A stretch of DNA of 40,965 nucleotides, from assembly GCA_034660535.1 (NCBI GenBank), contig JAYEJK010000148.1, positions 1 through 40,965 on the forward strand. Reading direction: 5' to 3'. The DNA is from Thermodesulfobacteriota bacterium. GTDB lineage: Bacteria; Desulfobacterota; Desulfobulbia; Desulfobulbales; DAOVYS01. The notes beneath the pieces are model-generated. The model saw only the letters and a list, made by a program, of their open reading frames with translations. It made no database searches and was not told the DNA's origin. A program made the position numbers and the translations under genes. Shown one piece after another: positions 32,888 to 40,640 of the stretch (its first letter is position 1; every line of letters starts with the position of its first letter).

Positions 32888-33345
32888 TCATCTATGTCTT
32901 TTGGGCCAAGCACGGTCCCTGCCAGGTCACGGGCTGCGGCCATCGCACGCCGATCATGACCAGCCCCGCGTCATGGTGGTAAAAACCATTTCCGTGAAGT
33001 ATTGGGTTCACCAATGCCCTCACTGCGGTGGCAAATACGACCTGGAAGAACGAGAAGCACGCATGGCCCCTGGTGGTAATCTCGCTTTCACGTTTCCACC
33101 ACAGTGAGGACGCGCCGTGGGTAGCGGTTTTGGAGTCGTTGTTTGACGCGGGATTCTACCTTGCGGCCACCTACCTGATTCGCAGCGACGAGACCAAAGG
33201 CACGGGTGAATTCGGCTCCGAGAAAATCGAATACGACATCATCCACGTCTGCCGTAAGCGCATGGAGGACCCCGAGCCCATAAGCTGGAACACAAGATGC
33301 GCCGCCAGTGTCCGCTGCCTGCAGGAGATGCTGGAACATCACCGA
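32243..33345 (+). pseudogene. DUF1156-type (anti-phage-associated) DNA methyltransferase, heavily degraded
   Basis: Collinear fragments lie in different frames. The N-terminal part is in the 31514 frame. It is followed by PLIIYVFWAKHGPCQVTGCGHRTPIMTSP (shifted at about 32880), then VVKTISVKYWVHQCPHCGGKYDLEE (shifted again). The C-terminal piece is ...FHHSEDAPWVAVLESLFDAGFYLAATYLIRSDE...DIIHVCRKR... (33028 frame). The total of about 1.1 kb compares with about 2.7-3 kb expected for this family. Confidence 0.6.
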
Positions 33346-33372
33346 CGGACCAATTCAGAGCGAGGAAATAAA

Positions 33373-36048
33373 ATGAGCAAGACAGACTCAATCGTGAATG
33401 CCCAAGAATTACCCTGCGGCGCTCGTTTTTTTCGTTGCGCCCTTCAAGTGAATCCATTTGATTATATTGTACGGCATAGCAAAGAGACGGTGTTCAACAA
33501 CGAATCGGATTATAATGCGGCGATAGTGAAGGCGTGTAAGAGAATCGGTATTGAGGTGATCGCTATTACCGATCACCAGCGTTGCAGCACCGGACAGTCA
33601 CTGGCCGAAGCGGCCCGCGCTGAAGGAATTATTGTTTTTATCGGAGCAGAATTGGAAACCAAAGAGGGTGTTCATATGTTGCTTCTTTTTGAACCGGATG
33701 CCTCTTGGGAGCGCTGCAACGGTATATTGGGCGATTGCGGAATTCATGACCAGGCGAATCCGCCTTCGGCAATCAAATATGATGTACATGAGTTACTGCG
33801 TGAATCTGTCCGATGGAACTGTATCTGTGTTGCCGCCCATGTAGCGAGTGAAAAAGGCTTGTTGCAGGTACTGGATAATCAGGCCCGGGCGGCGGCATGG
33901 AAATCCGAGTATCTTCCGGCCTGCTCTCTGCCCGGCCCGGCGAAAGATGCACCACCGAACCTGCGGCCAATTTTGCTCAACAAAAACTCTGACTATCTTC
34001 GTGATCGACCTGTAGCTGTAATCAACGCTCAGGACGTGTCAAGTCCGGATGATTTTGAAAAAGCTGGCTCGTCTTGTTGGATAAAGATGTCAGATGTTAC
34101 GATTGAGGGATTACGACAGGCGTTTCTTGATCCTGCTTCCAGGATACGTATGGCCAGTGATCCACCTCCGGAGGAGCACACCGAGTTCATTGCCATATCA
34201 TGGCAAGGTGGTTTTCTCGATTGTGCGGCAATTCATTTAAATGAAAACCTGAATGTCCTAATCGGCGGACGAGGAACAGGGAAATCAACTGTCGTTGAAA
34301 GTATCCGTTATGTCCTTGGCATGCAACCACTCGGTGAGGAAGCCCTTAAGGCTCATAGTGGCATTGTTCGCCAGGTACTTCGTAGCGGCACAAAGATTTC
34401 AATGCGGGTCCGCTCTTACCACCCGGATAAGCGTTATTACCTGATCGAACGAACTATTCCGAATCCACCTGTTGTCAAAGACGAGACCGGCAATGTTCTC
34501 AATCTGACTCCCACGGATGTCGTCCCCCAGACCGAAATATACGGACAACATGAGATCTCGGAACTTACTAAAAGCCGCGAAAAACTCACACACCTTCTCG
34601 ACCGTTTCGTAGAATGCGATACCGATATCTTAAAACGAAAAAGTGGCGTTCGCCGGCAGTTGGAGCGTTCACGCTCGCGTTTGCTTGAAACCCACAGAGA
34701 GCTTCTGCAAATTGAGGATCGTCTCGCCACTCTGCCGGCTCTTGAGGAGACATTGCGTCGGTTCCAGGATGCCGGGCTTGAGGAGAAACTTAAGGAGCAG
34801 AGCCTTCTTGTTCGGGAAGAAAGGGTGCTTAAGACTTCAGGGGAACGGCTAAGCCCCTTCAAGGAACTGCTGAATCAATTGGAGAGTGATCTTCCAATTG
34901 ATCGTGCTTTTATCTCTCCAAAAGCGCTGGAGAATCTTCCCGGAAAGGAAATTTTGGGTGATACGAACGACATCCTGGAACAGTTCACAAAGGACATGAA
35001 TAGTATCGTCGCTGAAATAAAGAAGGCTATCGGAAACGCAGAGACTGGTTTGGGTGAAATACGGAGCCGCTGGGGGGAACGAAAAAAGGCGGTTATGGCG
35101 GCGTATGAAGCCATCTTGCTTGAACTGCAGAAATCGAAGATTGATGGTGAGGAATTCATCCGCTTAAGGCGACAAATGGAGGAACTCCGTCCGCTAAAAG
35201 AAAGGCAAACCGCGTTACAGCGCAATTTGAAAGAGTATGAAACTGAACGGCGGAATCTTCTCTCTGAGTGGGAAGACGTAAAGGCCGAAGAATTCCGGCA
35301 TCTGGAACGTGCGGCAAAAAAAGTAAACAGGAAACTTGAAGGACGTGTTTTGGTCGATGTTGCTGCAGGCGGAAATAGGGAACCGCTGATTCAGCTTCTG
35401 CGTGATCAAATTGGAGGACGCTTGTCCGAGACGATTGAGTCCTTGACGCAAAGCACAGACTTCTCTCTTCCGATATTCACTGAAGCATGTAGAGAAGGTC
35501 GGGAGGCTTTGTCCCTGCAGTTCAACATCCCTACCAGCCAATCAGAACGTATTGCTCAGGCAAAGCCCAATATCATAATGCAAATCGAGGAATTGGAGCT
35601 GCCGCCTACCACAACCATTAAACTAAATGTCGCTGCTGACGATCAACCACCAGTGTGGCAGACGCTTGAAGACCTTTCCACAGGACAAAAAGCAACTGCG
35701 GTTCTCCTTCTCCTGCTGCTTGAGTCGAGCGCACCTCTGGTTGTGGACCAGCCGGAAGATGATCTCGATAATCGCTTTATTTCCGACGGAATAGTGCCAA
35801 AAATGCGAGAAGAAAAACGCCGACGTCAGTTCATCTTCGCCACCCATAACGCCAATATCCCGGTGCTGGGAGACGCCGAGTTGATAGTCGGGCTAACAGC
35901 GTTCGGTGAGGCGGGACAAGGCAAAGCGAAGCTTTCTCAGGAGCATATGGGGTCTATCGACACACGCCTCGTCCGTGAACTTGTTGAAGAAGTCCTGGAA
36001 GGTGGAAAGGACGCTTTTGAGATGCGACGCTTAAAGTACGGATTTTGA
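33373..36048 (+). CDS. PHP-domain phosphoesterase fused to an SMC/Rad50/RecN-like ABC ATPase with a long coiled-coil insert
   Basis: The ATG at 33373 is preceded by GAGGAAAT. The PHP-like N-terminus reads ...FRCALQVNPFDY...IEVIAITDHQ...VFIGAELETKEGVHMLLLF...VAAHV... Walker A is LIGGRGTGKST, followed by about 350 aa rich in heptad-like E/K/L/R. The signature-like motif is LSTGQK, Walker B is PLVVDQPEDDLD and the H-loop is FIFATHN. The ORF-track start at 33028 adds methyltransferase-remnant codons. Confidence 0.8.
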   Translation: MSKTDSIVNAQELPCGARFFRCALQVNPFDYIVRHSKETVFNNESDYNAAIVKACKRIGIEVIAITDHQRCSTGQSLAEAARAEGIIVFIGAELETKEGVHMLLLFEPDASWERCNGILGDCGIHDQANPPSAIKYDVHELLRESVRWNCICVAAHVASEKGLLQVLDNQARAAAWKSEYLPACSLPGPAKDAPPNLRPILLNKNSDYLRDRPVAVINAQDVSSPDDFEKAGSSCWIKMSDVTIEGLRQAFLDPASRIRMASDPPPEEHTEFIAISWQGGFLDCAAIHLNENLNVLIGGRGTGKSTVVESIRYVLGMQPLGEEALKAHSGIVRQVLRSGTKISMRVRSYHPDKRYYLIERTIPNPPVVKDETGNVLNLTPTDVVPQTEIYGQHEISELTKSREKLTHLLDRFVECDTDILKRKSGVRRQLERSRSRLLETHRELLQIEDRLATLPALEETLRRFQDAGLEEKLKEQSLLVREERVLKTSGERLSPFKELLNQLESDLPIDRAFISPKALENLPGKEILGDTNDILEQFTKDMNSIVAEIKKAIGNAETGLGEIRSRWGERKKAVMAAYEAILLELQKSKIDGEEFIRLRRQMEELRPLKERQTALQRNLKEYETERRNLLSEWEDVKAEEFRHLERAAKKVNRKLEGRVLVDVAAGGNREPLIQLLRDQIGGRLSETIESLTQSTDFSLPIFTEACREGREALSLQFNIPTSQSERIAQAKPNIIMQIEELELPPTTTIKLNVAADDQPPVWQTLEDLSTGQKATAVLLLLLLESSAPLVVDQPEDDLDNRFISDGIVPKMREEKRRRQFIFATHNANIPVLGDAELIVGLTAFGEAGQGKAKLSQEHMGSIDTRLVRELVEEVLEGGKDAFEMRRLKYGF

Positions 36049-36059
36049 GGGGTAATTAA

Positions 36060-37277
36060 ATGACAAAGACAGAGCTGTTAGAGCTAATCAAGAACGGTGA
36101 AAACTCTGGAATTGAGTTCAAGCGCGACACTATAGACAACCGGGCCATGGCCAAAGAGCTAGTTGCATTTGCTAACTTACGAGGCGGCCGTGTGCTTTTG
36201 GGAGTGGATGATGATGGCAGCGTGGTTGGGATAACCAGGGATCGGTTAGAAGAATGGATTATGACTACCTGTCGAGATAAAATTCGCCCTGAGTTAATCC
36301 CGTATTATGAAATAATCCGCGATGTGGAGCCAGGGAAAGATGTAGCTATTGTTCAAGTTGACCGCGGATGGGCGGTCCATCATGTTTGGCACAATAACCA
36401 TCGGACTTACTATATTCGTGTTGGAACACAGAGCCGCGAGGCCAGTGCCGAGGAACTTGAGCGGTTGTTTCAGCAGCGTGGGGCCTTCCGGCTGGAGGTA
36501 CGCGGGGTATCGGGCTCATCCATGGACAATTTTGACTATCGTCGCTTAAACGATTATTTTCAGCGTATCCGCTCTCAAGAAACGCCAGGCACGGATGATA
36601 CGAATGCCTGGCAAAATCTGCTTGTAAACACCGAATTCCTGGTTGATGAAGACGACACGACTCCGGCGACAGTTGCGGGCTTACTTCTGTTTTGCGCTAA
36701 TCCGAATCGTTTCTTGCCCCAAGCCGGAATAGATGCCGTTGCTTATCCTGGAAAGGAAAAGGATTATGCCGCTAAAGAACGGTTAGCTATTCGCGGTCCT
36801 ATGACGGCCCTGTTTGGGAGCGAAGGACTCGTTGAAAATGGACTTGTGGAACAAGCGGTGGAATTCACAAGGCGAAATACCGAAGTGTCGGCCGGTTTTG
36901 CTGATGGTGCGAGGCGCGAGGAACGATGGTTGTATCCGGAAGAAGCGATTAGGGAAGCCATTGTCAACGCCCTTGTTCATCGGGACTACCTTTTGTCGGG
37001 AACGACTGTGGAATTGTCTATATATGAAGATCGATTAGAGGTGGTTTCTCCCGGACGTCTTCCTAACGGCATCACTCCACAGCGTATGATAACGGGGTGC
37101 CGTTCAGCCCGGAACCAATTGCTCAAAGATGTCATGAGAGACTACGGTTATCTTGAGCACATGGGCATGGGTGTGCCTCGCAAAATCGTTAAAGAAATGC
37201 AAAAACATAACGGCACTTCGCCCGATTTGGTCGAGGATGAGGAGCGCTTTTTGGTCAGACTGTGGAAGAAGAAATGA
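36060..37277 (+). CDS. AlbA_2 (Schlafen-type) DNA-binding domain protein with a C-terminal HATPase_c_4-like domain (RecG-like putative regulator)
   Basis: ...LIKNGENSGIEFKRD...ELVAFANLRGGRVLLGVDDDGSVVGI... is the AlbA_2 signature. The C-terminal part reads ...EAIREAIVNALVHRDY...IEIYEDRLEVVSPGRLPNG... It lies 11 nt after the ATPase gene, with a GAGGGG SD. Confidence 0.8.
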   Translation: MTKTELLELIKNGENSGIEFKRDTIDNRAMAKELVAFANLRGGRVLLGVDDDGSVVGITRDRLEEWIMTTCRDKIRPELIPYYEIIRDVEPGKDVAIVQVDRGWAVHHVWHNNHRTYYIRVGTQSREASAEELERLFQQRGAFRLEVRGVSGSSMDNFDYRRLNDYFQRIRSQETPGTDDTNAWQNLLVNTEFLVDEDDTTPATVAGLLLFCANPNRFLPQAGIDAVAYPGKEKDYAAKERLAIRGPMTALFGSEGLVENGLVEQAVEFTRRNTEVSAGFADGARREERWLYPEEAIREAIVNALVHRDYLLSGTTVELSIYEDRLEVVSPGRLPNGITPQRMITGCRSARNQLLKDVMRDYGYLEHMGMGVPRKIVKEMQKHNGTSPDLVEDEERFLVRLWKKK

Positions 37278-37870
37278 AAGAAATAGACGTCAGGGGTTTG
37301 GCCTGCCCGGCTCCGGTATTGCGGACAAAAAACGCCATAGAAGAGAACAACTTAAATAGTATAAAAGTCCTGGTGGATAATGAAGCGTCCATGCAAAACG
37401 TCGACCGTTTTCTTAAATCCCGGGGTTTTAAAGTCTCATTACAGGTGAAGGATGGGGATTTTCATGTTACAGGGAGGCATGAAGGTGGAACTGAGACTGA
37501 AGTCGCGGCGGCTGAAAAACCGGATGATGAAAAGAAAAAAACCATGGTTATGGTTGTAACGGACTGCATGGGTCACGGGGATGATGAGCTTGGCTCAAAG
37601 CTTATGGTGAGTTTTTTAAAAACCATAAAGGAAATGGGTGATGAACTGTGGCGGCTGGTTTTTGTGAATAACGGCGTTAAACTTACTATCGAAAATTCCG
37701 AGGTGCTGCCGATTTTGAAAGAATATGAAAAAGACGGTCTGCATATCCTGGTCTGCGGGACATGCCTGACTCATTTTGATTTGCTGGACAAAAAACAGGT
37801 GGGCGAAACCACAAATATGCTCGATATTGTTACAGCCATGCAACTGGCCGATAAGGTGATTAGTATTTGA
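37274..37870 (+). CDS. yedF: Selenium metabolism protein YedF (TusA/SirA-like N-domain plus DsrE-like C-domain)
   Basis: MKEIDVRGLACPAPVLRTKNAI... carries the CPxP motif. The C-terminal half, ...MVMVVTDCMGHGDDELG...LVCGTCLTHFDL..., is the DsrE-like fold. The ATG overlaps the upstream stop as ATGA (37274..37277). Confidence 0.8.
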   Translation: MKEIDVRGLACPAPVLRTKNAIEENNLNSIKVLVDNEASMQNVDRFLKSRGFKVSLQVKDGDFHVTGRHEGGTETEVAAAEKPDDEKKKTMVMVVTDCMGHGDDELGSKLMVSFLKTIKEMGDELWRLVFVNNGVKLTIENSEVLPILKEYEKDGLHILVCGTCLTHFDLLDKKQVGETTNMLDIVTAMQLADKVISI

Positions 37871-37917
37871 CAAAGGAAATGAATATGGTTTACCTATTTG
37901 TTCTGAGGAAATAAATC

Positions 37918-38973
37918 ATGGCAGATGAAAAAATAAAAGCACTTCGTCTCACGGAAACAGTAACAGGTTCGGGGTGAGCGTCGAAACTGCCTCCAGGGGA
38001 CCTGGACAGGGCGCTATGCGGGATGGAATTTCCCACTGATTCGAATCTGATCGTAGGTCTTGATCGTGCGGATGACGCCGGTGTTTACAAGATCACGGAT
38101 GATATAGCCATTATTCAGACTGTGGATTTTTTTACGCCCATTGTGGATGATCCATACCAGTTCGGGCAGATCGCTGCTGCAAATGCCTTAAGCGATGTAT
38201 ATGCCATGGGTGGTGTGCCGAAAACCGCAATGAATCTGGTGGCCTTTCCGCTAAAGCAGATGGATATGTCCATTCTCCGTCAAATTCTTCAGGGCGGAAT
38301 GGATAAGATGAAAGAGGCGGGCGTGGTGCTGGTGGGCGGGCACAGTGTGGAGGACAATGAACTGAAATACGGTTTGTCTGTCATGGGTTATATTCACCCG
38401 GATCGAATTCTTTTAAAGAAAAACCTTAAACTCGGAGATCGACTGATTTTGACAAAACCCCTGGGAACAGGAATCGTGAATACAGCAATTAAGGGAGGGC
38501 TCGCTTCCGAAAAAGTCGTTGAGTTTGTCACAGGTCTTATGGCGACCCTGAACAGGGATGCGGCAGATGTAATGAATGATTACCCTGTCAGCGCATGCAC
38601 GGATATTACCGGTTTCGGCCTGATCGGTCATTTGGCGGAGATGGTGTTTGATTCCAGGTATGGTATAGAAATTTGGACTGAAAAAATACCGATTATCCCC
38701 GAAGCCATAGAGTATGCCGGTATGGGTTTGGTGCCCGCGGGAGCTTACAAAAACCGTGAATTTCGAGAATCAATGGTCGATTTTGCCCCTTCCGTGGATA
38801 TCCTGCTTCAGGATGTTCTTTTTGATCCCCAAACATCCGGAGGGCTATTGATCTGTGTGGAAAAAGAAAACGCTGATGATATGGTGAAAAGTTTAAAGAA
38901 AAAGGGAGTAGATAATGCGGCTGTTATCGGAGAAGTGTTGTCCGGGCCAAAGGGAAGGATTGTTGTAATTTAA
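37918..38973 (+). CDS. selD: Selenide, water dikinase SelD, selenocysteine-containing form (in-frame UGA at 37975..37977)
   Basis: ATG at 37918: MADEKIKALRLTETVTGSG-U-ASKLPPGDLDRALCGMEFP..., in frame with ORF 38023..38973 (an offset of 105 nt). The UGA sits at the position of the catalytic Cys/Sec in the SelD N-terminal Gly-rich loop (E. coli ...HGAGCGCK...). The remainder shows the AIR-synthase-like SelD fold (...DDPYQFGQIAAANALSDVYAMGG...). Confidence 0.88.
37989..38012 (+). promoter_or_regulatory. Candidate SECIS hairpin for the selD UGA
   Basis: GCC-UCCAGG-GGA-CCUGGA-(CAG)-GGC. The stem begins 11 nt after the UGA, the canonical bacterial SECIS spacing, and the apical loop is G-rich. Confidence 0.5.
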
Positions 38974-39155
38974 TTGTATAGAAATTTCCATTTTCCTTAA
39001 CCTTGAACAGTGAACGTCCAACATCAAACGTCCTAACATCGAATGGTGAATGGAAAAGATAAAGAAACAGACTCAAGCAGGGCATATCGGTGCTTGCGGA
39101 TGAAATATTCCGCAATATGATGTTGGAATTTTTTTCCGGTCCTTCAAACATGATT

Positions 39156-39338
39156 TTACAGCGATTCCTGGCGCATTTCATCTTCAACAGGTTGCATTAT
39201 AATTCGACCGTCTTTATAAATAACAAGCGGTGTACGGGTTTCCCTTGCTGTTTTACGGGCTTTTTGAGCCGCCCGCAGCAACGCCGCTTCAACCCTGGCA
39301 AGATCGGGGTCTTGAATTGTCTTTTTTGTTGTGGTCAT
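39156..39338 (-). CDS. Small protein, putative cognate antitoxin/partner of the zeta-like ATPase
   Basis: 60 aa: MTTTKKTIQDPDLARVEAALLRAAQKARKTARETRTPLVIYKDGRIIMQPV... Its start overlaps the upstream gene stop by 4 nt (ATGA-type coupling). Confidence 0.55.
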   Translation of the reverse strand: MTTTKKTIQDPDLARVEAALLRAAQKARKTARETRTPLVIYKDGRIIMQPVEDEMRQESL

Positions 39339-39859
39339 CGATTTTTTCCCTCATCAATGAGTTGTGGGCTTTCGCCTGAATTATTATACAGCACCCAGGC
39401 ATCGACTAAATTTTTATAGATATTATGAAAGTTATTCCATCCTTTGTCAAACCGGCGATGGATAACCGGCTCATCCACATTGTGACCGCCCTGGGCAACA
39501 CGAATCCGCACCCGTTCCACAGCAATTTCCACGTCCGGCAGACTGAGAAAAATTAGTTTGGTCCGATATCCGATATCCTGCCACTGCCGGATATATCGGG
39601 CGTAAAGGCGGCCGCTCAGCGTGGTTTCAAAGGCAAAACTTTCTCTGCGTCCAACATATCCCCTGATTTCTTCGATCATCAGACGACCAGCCCTGAATGC
39701 TGCTTGTTCAGGGGTGAATGGCGACAGCCCGGCCGCGATAAGATCAGCATTGACAAAGGAGGGACAGGCCGCTTCCCTGACCAGAAATTCTCTGGCGAAT
39801 GTGGTCTTGCCCGCACCATTTGGCCCGGCAATGATAACAATTTTTTGCTCTTCACTCAT
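39335..39859 (-). CDS. Zeta-toxin-family P-loop kinase-like protein
   Basis: MSEEQKIVIIAGPNGAGKTTFAREF... is the Walker A motif, and ...FAFETTLSG... follows. The size of about 174 aa and overall pattern fit the zeta toxin/AAA_33-like kinase fold. Confidence 0.7.
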   Translation of the reverse strand: MSEEQKIVIIAGPNGAGKTTFAREFLVREAACPSFVNADLIAAGLSPFTPEQAAFRAGRLMIEEIRGYVGRRESFAFETTLSGRLYARYIRQWQDIGYRTKLIFLSLPDVEIAVERVRIRVAQGGHNVDEPVIHRRFDKGWNNFHNIYKNLVDAWVLYNNSGESPQLIDEGKNR

Positions 39860-40607
39860 AATTGACCCTGCACATCATTCTCTGTTATCCGTCGCTTACC
39901 GGTGACGCATTCGTGGATCAGGGACTTGCGGTATTGTTCGAGGGTTGAGATTTGTTTTTCGATGTTATCATGTAGCGTTGATAACTCTACACATTTTTTG
40001 TTTAGTGCCTTAGTGGTAATTTTCTTGTTTTTTCTACCCCTCAAGGGGGTACTGAAATGAGTGGCAGGAAATCAAAAAGGTGAAATATTTTTAAATAGTT
40101 ACACGCAGCTGTTAAGGTACTTATACCCCTCAGGGGGGTACTGAAAATAGTCCAGGACCTTTAAAAATTCCAGTTTATCTGGGTTAGATAGCTGACGATA
40201 AATTTTTGTTCGGTGTCAGGAGGCAGTGGTATCGTGCCGTTTTTTACATGTCTGTTGGCAATTGCCCATCGTGTTATTCCCGTTGCTTCTCTGTGCAATT
40301 GGCTGGCAATAGATGCATCTCGCAAAACCCAAAAAAGATATGAACCTCTAAGCCTTTGATTATTACTGCGAATTATTGATAGATGGTACCCACATAGCAA
40401 TTTGGGCTGAGTCTCAACTACTAAGGCGGGGACAGCAATGTCATATGGGTCTTCAGAGTCTTTTGTAATAAGAACATCTTTTTTAAAGAACATCTTCGCC
40501 ATGAAATCCTCTATCCCGTACCCCACCGTCAATACGTTTTCAGTATCCCCAAGATACTCAGGGTCTATTTCAAATACGACCGTAAACTCCTTGGCAAACT
40601 CTGTCAA
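39856..40607 (-). pseudogene. hsdS: Type I restriction-modification specificity subunit HsdS remnant (single TRD plus C-terminal conserved helix), disrupted by a family-2 element
   Basis: ...GYHLSIIRSNNQRLRGSYLFWVLRDASIASQLHREATGITRWAIANRHVKNGTIPLPPDTEQKFIVSYL, then the insertion, then NKKCVELSTLHDNIEKQISTLEQYRKSLIHECVTGKRRI. Removing 40006..40187 rejoins both parts in frame. No Met or N-terminal TRD is present, and upstream lies a transposase fragment. Confidence 0.7.
40006..40187. mobile_element. Family-2 small mobile element, copy C (182 bp, carrying two nested 27-nt inserts)
   Basis: TTAG at 40002..40005 is repeated at 40184..40187. It is collinear with copy B, apart from the inserts ACCCCTCAAGGGGGTACTGAAATGAGT (40036..40062) and ACCCCTCAGGGGGGTACTGAAAATAGT (40125..40151). 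Confidence 0.8.
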
Positions 40608-40640
40608 TGCGCAAACGCAAGCTTGCTTACTTTTTTAAGA

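Noticed and set aside
38990-39050. Short tandem ACGTCC[A/T]AACATC[A/G]AA motif and CCTTAACCTTGAAC run downstream of selD
   Set aside because: It has only two imperfect units and no matching structure or partner elsewhere in the window. This is insufficient to call a feature.
30830-40187. Possibility that the repeated about 128-bp sequences or the 27-mers represent a CRISPR array or a retron
   Set aside because: There are only isolated copies inside genes, with no regular repeat-spacer periodicity. No cas or RT genes are present in the window. The clean TTAG duplications indicate transposition.
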